DNA of 60,988 nucleotides, filler included, from Nemertoderma westbladi (lineage: Eukaryota; Animalia; Xenacoelomorpha): NCBI GenBank assembly GCA_032718475.1. It is 4 parts of 4 records of this genome, joined end to end, with 100 filler letters (N's around TTAATTAATTAA, not from the genome) between each part and the next. Parts side by side here need not be neighbours in the genome. Positions count along the whole stretch, not along the records: positions 44,235 to 54,202 come from JAUCBJ010001538.1; positions 54,303 to 60,988 come from JAUCBJ010007850.1; 2 more parts are not named here. The stretch is one strand, 5' to 3'. Below are positions 50,766-60,988 of this stretch, in pieces (positions within the stretch are counted from its first letter, which is position 1; each line of letters starts with the position of its first letter). Made by a program: the position numbers and the translations under genes. Below the pieces are notes generated by a model. That model was given only the letters and a program-made list of their open reading frames with translations, had not been told where the DNA came from and did no database searches.

Positions 50766-51310
50766 TAACTTTAGGTTTCTTCCTGGGCAAAGGCCTAGTG
50801 ATTAGTGACTTCTCCTCGTGGCTGATTAATTAGTCCAACCCAGTGATATATAATATGATAAAGACAGTAGGCTAAAACATGCAGTTTTGTAGGCAATAAA
50901 ACACAAAGTACAAGCACAGTTGGGTTTATTAAATAAAATGCTATACAAATTGGCCAACCAGACCAGCCTGGAAAAAGTCACCCAGGCGCGCACAACGCCC
51001 GCGCACTTCATTGCCAACCGCGCATTCCCATATAGAAATGTCGCGCACCCCAAGAATCTTAACCGCGCACCCCAAAAATCTCAACCGCGCACCCAAAAAA
51101 TTCAACCGCGCACCCCCAGACCCCGAAAATAAAAGGTAGGATAGTGTGACAAACAAGAGTGGAAACAAGTGTGACGTTATGCTGTTATGAAAGGTTTTAT
51201 TAAAAAAATTTATATTTAAAATTGTATGCCTACAGTATATTTCTCTAGTTCAATTTTGGAATAAAAAATTTCATTGCGAAATCTAATAACTATTTACATA
51301 CATGTATAAT

Positions 51311-52166
51311 GGTGACACGTCAACTGAACCAAAGTCAATTGAACCAGGTCAATTGAACCACGTCAATTGAACCAACGTCAATTTAACATTGTGTCAATTG
51401 AACCAACGTCAATTGAACCACACGTCAATTGAACCATACGTCATTAGAACCAAAGTATATCACCCATCAATTGATCCTAACATCAATTTAACCAAGCGTC
51501 AATTGAACCAAGCGTCTATTGAACCAAGCGTCAATTGACCCATGCGTCAATTGACCCATGCGTCAATTGACCGATGCGTCAATTGACCCAAGCATCAATT
51601 TAATGAAATGTTAATTTAACCAACAAAATAATAATTATTGCAAATTTTTGATTTTTTAATCGCGAAATGTTCTACTGGTGGATGAAGATTCTAGAATGAT
51701 CTATTTTATTCAATGGGGTTGAATAATATTAATAAATATTATTATCTTTTCACTCTTTTATATTTTAGTGAAATGTTCAACTCTGCTTTTTTAAGATTCT
51801 AGAATCTTAATTTTTAATCACTATAGTTTTTAATTGAATTATTTTTCTTTATTTGAAGTGTATTTTTCACAACACTGATAGGAATTAATTTCATTGATTC
51901 TTTATTTGATTATGGGTTTATTTATGCTTGGTTCAATTGACGTTTGGTTCAATTGACGTTTGGTTCAACTGACGTTTGGTTCAATTGTCACTTGGTTCAA
52001 CTGACACTTGGTTCAATTGACGCTTGGTTCAATTGACGCTTGGTTCAATTGACGCTTGGTTCAATTGCAGCTTGTTTAATTGACACTGGGTCAATTGACG
52101 CATGGTTCAATTGACGTGTTTCAATTGACGTGGTTCAATTGACGTTGGTTCAATTTACATGGAACC
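51311..52166. mobile_element. Mutator/foldback MITE with GTCAATTGAACC repeats
   Basis: GG...CC ends, inverted arrays of CGTCAATTGAACCA, 9-bp TSD ATGTATAAT (51302-51310, 52167-52175). Confidence 0.9.
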
Positions 52167-52381
52167 ATGTATAATGCGTACATGGAGTTCTTGGAAATGC
52201 TGCGACCAGAGTAAGTACGGAAACGGAAATAAGGTAGCATAATGTAATCAGGTCATACTGTATGTTTAGGTTAGGCCTAACCGATCACAGTTCTGAATTA
52301 AAAATGTAATGTTCTTAGTGGAATGATATACTTTTATTTGTATATTTACATTCATATTTATGTACTTTTATTTGTTTATTT

Positions 52382-52900
52382 AAAGGTCAGCAATAATATT
52401 AAAGGTTTTAAAAAGAATATTAGAGAATTTCAAAACATATTTTCGGCCGAAATATTTTTTTACATTTGTTCAGCTCTTTCATTTGATGTCATTTTCGGCC
52501 GAAATATTTTATTACATTTTTTCAGCTCTTTCACTTGATGTCATTTTCGGCCGAAATCTCGACCAAATTTCGGCCGAAAATGTCATCAAATAAATGGAAG
52601 AGCTGAAAATGTAATAAAATATTTCGGTCGAGATTTCGGCCGAAAATGACATCAAATTGAAGAGCTGAAAAAATGTAATAATATATTTCGGCCGAAAATT
52701 CAGTCGAAATTTCGGCCGAAAATGACATCAAATGAAAGAGCTAAAAAATGTAATAAAATATTTCGGCCGAAAATGACATCAAATGAAAGAGCTGAAAAAA
52801 TATAACAAAATATTTCGGCCGAAAATATGTTTTGAAATTCTCTAATATTCTTTTTAAAACCTTTAATATTATTGCTGACCTTTTGGCGTTAACGGCGCCT
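52382..52900. mobile_element. Palindromic foldback MITE with TTTCGGCCGAAA repeats
   Basis: 52382-52455 is a near-perfect reverse complement of 52810-52883. The left terminus appears deleted. Confidence 0.82.
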
Positions 52901-54202
52901 CATATTTACCTTGCCAAGTAATAGTGTTATGATAAAAAACTAATAAATTTTGAACTAAAAAATTAAATTATTAAATTATTTTACAGCGCACAACGCGTTT
53001 TAATTTTTGCAAACATTTTCCAGGCTGGCAACCAGATATAAAACGTCTAGGCCTATCCTATATACCTACATTGTTTCTTGCATACTATATGCCTTTATAT
53101 GGCATACTATATACCTTCACAATACATGGTAAGGGAGTTTGGTTTTAACAATAAATCAGGCCTACTTTGTAGATGTATGCCCAAGAACACCTGTCCCAAA
53201 GAGGAAATTACCATAAGACTACTGCAGTACTGATAAAAGATACTGTAGCTGATTGCAGGTTGATGACTGACTGACTAACTGTAATGATCGTATTATTACA
53301 ATTTGAATTTCCCACCACTTATAAGATGCCTGTTGTTGCTAAGCCAATGTTGCTATCTGCATTTTTAATGGGGTCTCTGTGGCTTATTTTGTGAAACCTC
53401 GTAGCCATTTTTGTCTTGTGCGATGAAAACCTTACCACCCAGGAGCAAAATTTCAGTGAGTTGATTCCCGCCAAGGCATTTATTTATAAAGCCAAATTTC
53501 CCAAAGTTGCCTATTTCATGAGGCTCTAAAAATTTAACAAAACTTTGAGCAAATGTTACTCATTTGACATTAAAAAAAATTTTGATTTTTTTGACCGCCA
53601 ATGATGACATCACCCCTCAATAAATATTCCTTTAATTATTTTATAGAAACTATTAACCTTGCACACCTAAAATACAGGTAACATTATAAAATATAATAAA
53701 GGTTTAACTTACATTGGGTTGATTTACAGTTATTAAGTTCTGGAACTAAGGGTTATTTGATGGAACGACACGGAACGTTGCGAACTGGGGAGGAATGTTT
53801 ATGAACACTTCGTGTCTGATCTTCTGTATCATTGATCAACCTAAAATAATATAATAAATCATATTACAAATGGATTGTATTTCCGCTGTAGGAATGGCAA
53901 AATGGTGGTTTAATACCCAGATCACTGTGAGATATAACGATTAGCTAATTAATGTGTTTTTGCGAAATTTAAATCGAAATTATCATGAATGGAAAATGAA
54001 CGAAATGAAGTCACCTTGTTCGTTTAACCAAAACAATAAATATCTGCTTCGCAATAGTTTTTGTTTTTCCATTAGTTTTTCTCATTGGTGCATTTGCTGC
54101 AGCCAGTAAAGTCTCTCAATATAATATGTGGACTTATATATTATAACCATTATATAGGTCATACTCATACATCAGTACATTATTATTTTAAAATATTCCA
54201 TT

Positions 54203-54302
54203 NNNNNNNNNNNNNNNNNNNNNNNNNNNNNNNNNNNNNNNNNNNNTTAATTAATTAANNNNNNNNNNNNNNNNNNNNNNNNNNNNNNNNNNNNNNNNNN
54301 NN
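54203..54302. other. Assembly gap with linker
   Basis: N-run + TTAATTAATTAA + N-run. Confidence 0.97.
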
Positions 54303-55247
54303 GCCCTAAAGGCCGTTAGACCTCGCTCCCCCGAGGTTGATATTAATCAACCAGGTACTTCGACCGGCGGGTATACCGATCGTAACCCTGCACCTTCTGA
54401 TGCAATTATATTGCACCCTTCGCCTAGGAGCTACAGCCCTCCTCGTAAAGTGGCTCGCCCCAAAGAGAAAAGGACTCTTGCTAGCTTTAAAAAACTGCGT
54501 AAACGCCGTCCGCGCAAGAAAGACTAACTGTTTAGAGTATTTATGTATATTAGAAATTGTGATTTTGTATATTTTATAGACTTAAATCCCATTTTCTGGG
54601 AGCGGTGTAAAAGCTTTTGTGGGATAACTGATTCGTTTGCCTTGCTAACCGGTTCCCCCCAGGCGCTGGAATACTCTAAAAAGGGATCTCTAACTCGAAT
54701 AGCGCAAGCTACCGGCTGATTGGCTGATTCGCTGTGCGAAGGGATCTGGGCTACGTTTGATTGTCCAACCAGCTTGGGAAAGTATCTGCCAATAGGATTT
54801 GAGTTGATTTTGATTTCGACCTATCACAGATCTACTGAACTGAATTTTCCTATCTGTATGCTCTTTCTCTGTGTTGGGTGGAAGCCTTTGTAAATAAGGT
54901 GATTCTTATCAGTTTTCAGTGTTGTTGGTCTTTCTGTCCTGAGCCAGGAGAGAACGGCTTGTAAATATTTTGTGCTTTTCTGTTTTAGTCTAACACTAGT
55001 AGGCTTAATTATAAGGACATATATCCGTTATCATTGCAAACCATTGCAAACTGGTTATCAAACCAATCCAAACCAAACTAATGAATTTAACACACTGAAT
55101 CACTGTGCATACTTTTATATTGTTATACTGCTATTTACTGTCAGTTCTTCATAATATGGTTGATGAATTATTATATTTGGAATAACGATAAATAACCCCG
55201 AAAACCCAATATTCTTGATATACCGAAGGTAAGAGAGAAAGGTTACA
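54303..55247 (+). mobile_element. 3' end of an LTR retrotransposon: ORF tail (54303-54527), PPT and 3' LTR (54606-55247)
   Basis: An open frame from the gap ends KKLRKRRPRKKD*. Purine-rich GGGAGCGG lies directly before TGTAA and the segment ends TTACA. CCAAT-like boxes inside. Confidence 0.65.
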
Positions 55248-56866
55248 TATAACGATTGTGACTTATGTTAAAGTGGTTTGAAGTGAATCTAATGTTATTT
55301 GATAAACCCTACATGAGTCGGTCCGTGTTCCTTTTATATATAACTAAAATCAGTGAAGATCGGCAGATCAGTGTGCAGTATTGTGCAGCATTGTGTATGA
55401 GTGAGCCTGATAACGAAGCATTTCCTAAAGAATGCGCCATATATGTGAATTATAACTAAGCCATATCGTTGTGAGTAGTTTAAGTCATAACTCTGTTTGT
55501 ATAGATAGAGCGCCACGTCCTAAAGGAACTGTTAATATTCCCCGAAGGTGAATAATATTGTCAGAGATTATATAATACTGTCAGTCGAATAATACATTAG
55601 GCTTACATAGCAATAAAATTAAGCCGTCGAACCCAATCTCCCGGGTATATCCAGCGGGTGAATGATCGCGCACAGATTGGTTTCGACTAGTGTAGTGAAT
55701 TAAATACTTGTCATAGGCTAAAGGTGATTTATTATCTAGAAGACATCCTAATTTGGCGGGTTAAACTGGCAAAGGTCTGAAAGCGCGAACACACCCCGAC
55801 CCCATACAAAAAACCTTTGGGGCTTGATACCTCAGAATGAGGTTTTTGGAGTTAAGTGCCTTTACCTTATGAGGGCAGAATCGTTGGCCTAGTGCAGTAG
55901 TTTGGTACAGCAGCAGGTACGCTTGGTTCTCCAGCCAAACCAAATAGTATTAGCTTTAATACTGTAATACACAATACAGTACAGTGCAGCAGTGTACCCT
56001 GTCTGCCTGTTGTACTGGTTGACTGGGTAAGATTAACCTACAATTCTTGCTTGCAATACAGCAATATCAGAATGTAACCCAGTAACCCCCAACCCTGTCT
56101 CCTGTCTGCCTGTCAGCCTGTAAGTTACATAGGCCTACTGACATAGTTAGTTAGGCCTATACCTGTATACTGCTACTGCTGTAGGCCTAGTTCAGTACGG
56201 TAGTTTATTACACATTTACAGTAGCGGTATTATTGGAGTTATGGGTGAAGTAGTTCAGTAGTTATAGCTATATTTTGTATTTGAGAATTTGACCGGTTTT
56301 GTTACTAGTTTCAGTTTGTAGTTAGAATAGAATAATGGAGTCACTGTCAGACGGTAACTTCAGACAGTCAGAACTTGTTCCTTTCCCATACAGCATAATT
56401 AACATTGTTAATTTACCTATGCGAAATATAATGATATAAATTCAGAAATTATGTAGGCCTAATTCAACAAGATGGATTTCCTTCCATACACAATACCTGT
56501 ATACTGTCACAAAGGACCCCCCCTGCAGCCCTGTATTACACATGTCATTCATACCCAGATCAGTAGACCGCCCCAGCTGCCAGCAGTCCTGAAATTAGAA
56601 ATAGACAACTTCGTACATGTTGTAAGTCGAAGCCGGCCCGTGGTTAATCATCAAAATCATCACAAACAATCGAATCACACTCGTTGATTGTTTTGATTCC
56701 TTGTCCTGCCTGGCCTGCACCTGCAGGCCTGTCACTTTAACCTGCTCCATTTACTTTTTGTGATAGGCCTAAGGTGGTGTGATTAGCATTTGGTATTATT
56801 TGACTTGGTATGATTTGGGTAACATACTGCTCTGCTGTGCTCCCTGCGAATCTGACCGGTAATAAC

Positions 56867-57831
56867 GGGTCCTACTAAATACCCAACTTTACCCAACTCC
56901 ACCCAACTTTACCCAACTTCACCCAACTTTACCCAATTTTACCCAACTTTTTACCCAACTTTACCACACTTTACCCAATACCACCCAACTTTACCCAACT
57001 TCACCCAATCAATTACCCAATCCACTTTACCCAATACCACCCAACTTTACCCAATCATTTCAATCCATCAATCCATCATCAGGCCTAATCAATTAGTTCA
57101 GTAGTTAGGCCTATCTACCATATCCAATCTGCCAATGGCTGATTGGAGTGGAGGCAAGGCTGCAGAGGGAAACTTGATGCATATCTCAACCTGAATGTTA
57201 AATTCTCAATTTAGGGAAAGGAACAGGTTATAGTGGCACGTTATTCTAACCAAAACAATAAACTAAAGTCTATTCTATAGAACATCACTACCCCGAAATG
57301 CACCCTCATACAGCCATATTGATCATTTTATTGATGTCTGGATGTGTTATGTTATGATTATAAGTACTGGCTGACTGGAGTATGACTATCTGACTATACA
57401 GCTATAACTGTATAAACATGAAGCCATAGCTGCATAGGCCTACACTGATACAAACCATTCCTACTATGACCTACTGTATTACAGCTGTACAGTCTGACAG
57501 TACTGCAGTATTAAACTGCCAGACAGACTGCTGGAATGCTACTGCAGTACTGTCAGGTGTCAGCAGGTCAGACAGTAGGCCTACTGGTCCGGTACTGTAG
57601 TAAGTAAGTAAGCCTTCTGCTGTAGGCCTACTGTCTGACTGTATTGCATCACCAGATCACTGGTCGGCAGATAGGTAGTTGGGTATTCGATTGGGTAAAG
57701 TTGGGTGGTATTGGGTAAAGTGGGGTAAAGTTGGGTAAAGTTGGGTAAAAAGTTGGGTAAAGTGGGGTAAAGTTGGGTAAGTTTGGGTAAAGTTGGGTAG
57801 ATTTGGGTAAAGTTGGGTAATTAGTAGGACC
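56867..57831. mobile_element. Mutator/foldback MITE with (TTTACCCAAC)n inverted arrays
   Basis: TIR GGTCCTACTAA / TTAGTAGGACC. 9-bp TSD GGTAATAAC (56858-56866, 57832-57840). Confidence 0.88.
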
Positions 57832-57917
57832 GGTAATAACTGAGCCTACAGAACTACCAAATGACTGGATGGGCCTAATCACATACTTTTAATTGATAAG
57901 CAGAAGACTGCAGACTA

Positions 57918-58277
57918 ATGGATGATTCATCGATCGCCACCGAGGATGACTTCTCCAAGAAGTCAAAGAAACACGATTCCGGTGTCACCGACCTGGAGAA
58001 GGTCACGGACTTCGTAGAGGAGAAGGAGATCTCCCAGGCAACCCTACAGAGCGTCATGGCAACCATCGCACAACAGGTGTCGGATGGATCGGAATTACAG
58101 GACGAAGCGACGCGGATAGTTAAACTTAAACGCGAGGACATCCAGTTGATAATGCGAGAGATGATGGTGTCCAAATCCATAGCGGAGACACAACTTAGGA
58201 ACACCAATGGGGACTTAAAACTCGCCTTATTGAATATGATTCATAACACGGGTAGTAATTATTATCCACTACATTAA
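57918..58277 (+). CDS. HYPK: Huntingtin-interacting protein K (NatA-associated chaperone)
   Basis: KKHDSGVTDLEKVTDFVEEKEI matches the HYPK signature KHDSGAADLERVTDYAEEKEI. C-terminal UBA-like EDIQLIMREM...AETQLR..GDL..AL. Confidence 0.92.
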   Translation: MDDSSIATEDDFSKKSKKHDSGVTDLEKVTDFVEEKEISQATLQSVMATIAQQVSDGSELQDEATRIVKLKREDIQLIMREMMVSKSIAETQLRNTNGDLKLALLNMIHNTGSNYYPLH

Positions 58278-60280
58278 AAATTATTGTTATGATAAATTAT
58301 TTATGGTATTTTTAATTTTACAATATATACAACAACAACACATACATTTGCACCTAAACTGTATTGGTTATTGGTGTCTATAACTGACATAACAAGTCTG
58401 AAGTCCATAGCCTTGCGGTGACATGTTTTCTTCCAAGTCGGCATATGTATGGATTGTAAGCGAAATCAAAAATTAGAGCAAAGGAAGTTGGCGTAGCATT
58501 TGGGGGGGGGGGGGGGGGGGGGGCAGCGGGGGCGGGGGTTATAATTTCAAATCGCATAATTCATAATAAATTTTTAATAATATATTGTGATATTTATTTA
58601 TTATTTTATTTAACCTTCTTATGCTAAATCCGTTACCAACTAGTAGCCGGTTCCACTTCAAACCAGAACAGCTATGATAAAAACGATCGAATTGAATACT
58701 TACTAACTACTGCTTTACTAAACCGAGACCATAGGAGATATTAACAAGAAACCATACAAAACACTCTGGTCAAAGATGCTCATAAGTAAAATCCAAAAAC
58801 GATATAAATATACAATACGTATGTCAAAAAACGATACAGTCAGACAGTGCGAAAAAAGTTTATTATTTTTTCCTATCGTATTTTATTCAAGAGTTAATAA
58901 TAGTGTACTTTCTACACTATTTATTTACCATAAATAATTATTTCATTTCTATGTCCCAGTGTAGATTATAACCCTCTACTTTCCAAATACCCGAGATATA
59001 ATATACACTACCGTACATCAACTTTCATCTTTCAAATTGCAGTGTGTATGTTCTATTTTTTGAAAGATGTGATGGATTTCCATCATGTATGGTTATATAA
59101 AGTTTGTAGTAGTATAGTTTGTATATTTTATATTGCAAAACCGAAGTAGCCATTCTGATAAATTGCCAATTTCAAAACTATTTTTTAATATTGAACATTC
59201 TCAAACATGGTCTTCAATTATACGAATATAATTGAAGAACTTATTATCATCGTCTCTTAACTCATATAGTACAGTTTACCTATAACTCATTTCATTCATA
59301 TTTTCTGATTATTTGGATGAATCCAAAATATACACCTTATCTTTCTCATCCATTCTATACTGTAGGGAAACAACCCAGCAGCGATATCTTCATCCATTTT
59401 CAAAAAACGTTATAAGAAAATAAACATTTAATAAATCTTTATAAAATAAATTTCAATATAATTGCAAATATATTAACTTTATAATGATACAATTTTTAAG
59501 TTGCTAGGCAATATATTTACTTGAATGATGAAAGATGAAAGCGCATGTGTGAATTGGGCCTTAAGGTTCTTCCTGCGCGCAGAACCACGGACGTGTAATG
59601 TTAGACGGCTATAGTTTTATATAGTACCAACAATTAATTATTGAGTAATCAATAAATTACTACTTATTACATGGAAAAAATAGGTCTTTTTTTCTTGAAC
59701 ACTCCGATATCTAGAATTTGCCGAGTGAGCGTAGCAATTACAAATCAAGATGTCATAAATGTAAAAACTTTTAATGTCATTTTATTCACACATTGCCTTC
59801 GCTTGCCGAAATCACTGATCAGCATCCAAAAACCGTCCACTAGGAATTACACCTCGCCCCCCTTAACCCTTAACCGCCAGTTTTCCGTAGGGCACCCCCT
59901 ACCGAACGGAACCAATCCAGGAAGCGGGGTTCCTCTGGACTCGGGGTTCCTCTGGACTCGGGGTTCCTCTGGACTCGCTGCCAACCGATAAGTGGGAAAT
60001 CATCTTATGGGAACCTTTTTCCTCCCGCGGAACAACAAAATGCCAGTATCGCTGCAGCTTTATTCCTGAAGTATTTTCCTTAAGATCAGGATAGGAAGAA
60101 TTTTTTTTAGGTAAAATTGTCGTTTTTTTAATATAAAGTTTTATGTATGAGGAAATGAATGATTATATAAAGTAAATATCAAAACTAAAACAGAACATAA
60201 TGTATAATGGGAAGAATATTTATTGATGAAGTTTAAAATAACATGAAATATAATAATTAATACAATCCAAAAGAATACTA

Positions 60281-60988
60281 CTATCGCAGTAAATCAACAC
60301 GATTTTTGGATCGTCGCTCTAAATGTGCCTCTATGATTCTCGCGAACTCAGGTCTATCGAGGAAGTTGTACGCCATGGGGAGTAGATGGGCGACGACTTT
60401 ATGCAAATTGGTGGACCCAAAACAAAACACATCCAGTCCCAACTCCAAACCCATACCGAAATCGGTCTCGTCGTTTGCATACTGAACCAGGGTTATTACC
60501 TCCTGTAGTTTACTGAACCGACGGCGTTTCTCTTCTGTGGATTCGCTGTCCTCTAAGTTGTTTAGTATCCGCAGAAGTTGCTGATTGGTTACCGGTAGCT
60601 CTCTGTACCCCCACTGCTCGCCCTGGTAGTAGCGCGTCGGAACAACCAGCCCCAACCCGTGCAACGGACGCGCAATAACTTTTCCGCGACTCTGCGGGGA
60701 CTCCAATCCATTTGCGATGTTCCGCAACTCCGCCTTCATTCTTGACAGATGTTTATCCTTCTCTTTTTCTTTCAGTTTCTCGTTTACCATTGAGATTAAA
60801 GCTGTAATTATGTCGCAACCTAATTTGGTAAAGTGGAAATCCTTCCCAGAATTACTACCAACTAGAGAGGGGAGATTCTTTGGATCGTCCCGGAAGTATC
60901 CAATATGGAACAAAGAATCGGTGTCCGCGAGAATGGTAATGAACTCGGGGGGGTCGTAGTAATATCTGTAATGGAGGAACCAATCGAT
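60281..60988 (-). CDS. HPF1: Histone PARylation factor 1, 3' part (5' end outside window)
   Basis: The frame is open from the window edge: HYRYYYDPPEF, HIGYFRDDP, HGLGLVVP, GYRELP, QYANDETDFGMGLELG (conserved DE catalytic pair) and IIEAHL. Confidence 0.93.
   Translation of the reverse strand: MDWFLHYRYYYDPPEFITILADTDSLFHIGYFRDDPKNLPSLVGSNSGKDFHFTKLGCDIITALISMVNEKLKEKEKDKHLSRMKAELRNIANGLESPQSRGKVIARPLHGLGLVVPTRYYQGEQWGYRELPVTNQQLLRILNNLEDSESTEEKRRRFSKLQEVITLVQYANDETDFGMGLELGLDVFCFGSTNLHKVVAHLLPMAYNFLDRPEFARIIEAHLERRSKNRVDLLR

Larger units (their letters stand above)
50963..53028. mobile_element. hAT-like non-autonomous element hosting two nested MITEs
   Basis: TIR CCAGCCTGGAAAA / TTTTCCAGGCTGG. 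8-bp TSD CAACCAGA (50955-50962, 53029-53036). CGCGCAC sub-terminal repeats. Confidence 0.82.

Noticed and set aside
55265-55459. 64-aa ORF starting MLKWFEVNLM as an RT fragment or gene
   Set aside because: Only a vague resemblance to the RT WFxxNxM motif, with nothing else in support.

Overview
AT-rich eukaryotic (metazoan, probably invertebrate) genomic DNA with three 100-bp assembly gaps that carry an artificial TTAATTAATTAA linker. Host genes: a two-exon TBC1D10/EPI64-type Rab-GAP (- strand), an isolated first coding exon of an ABCA transporter (+), four homologous symmetric phase 1-1 exons that each encode one LamG/pentraxin-like jelly-roll domain (+), HYPK (+) and the 3' part of HPF1 (-). 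The rest is dense with mobile DNA. This includes a near full-length CR1/L2-group LINE, several RTE-clade LINE copies with TSDs, a decayed Mutator-like transposase, three families of 9-bp-TSD MITEs, hAT-like elements with 8-bp TSDs, Helentron/DINE-like elements and a 3' LTR. There are four large tandem arrays (22, 48, 36 and 26 bp units). The two most notable signals: (1) the LINE joins ORF1 to an AUG-less ORF2 through a single in-frame UGA-CUA stop followed by ~33 in-frame 12-aa acidic repeats, which suggests stop-codon readthrough; (2) the modular LamG exon array shows patchwork homogenisation. All family assignments come from motif recognition by eye, not database searches.
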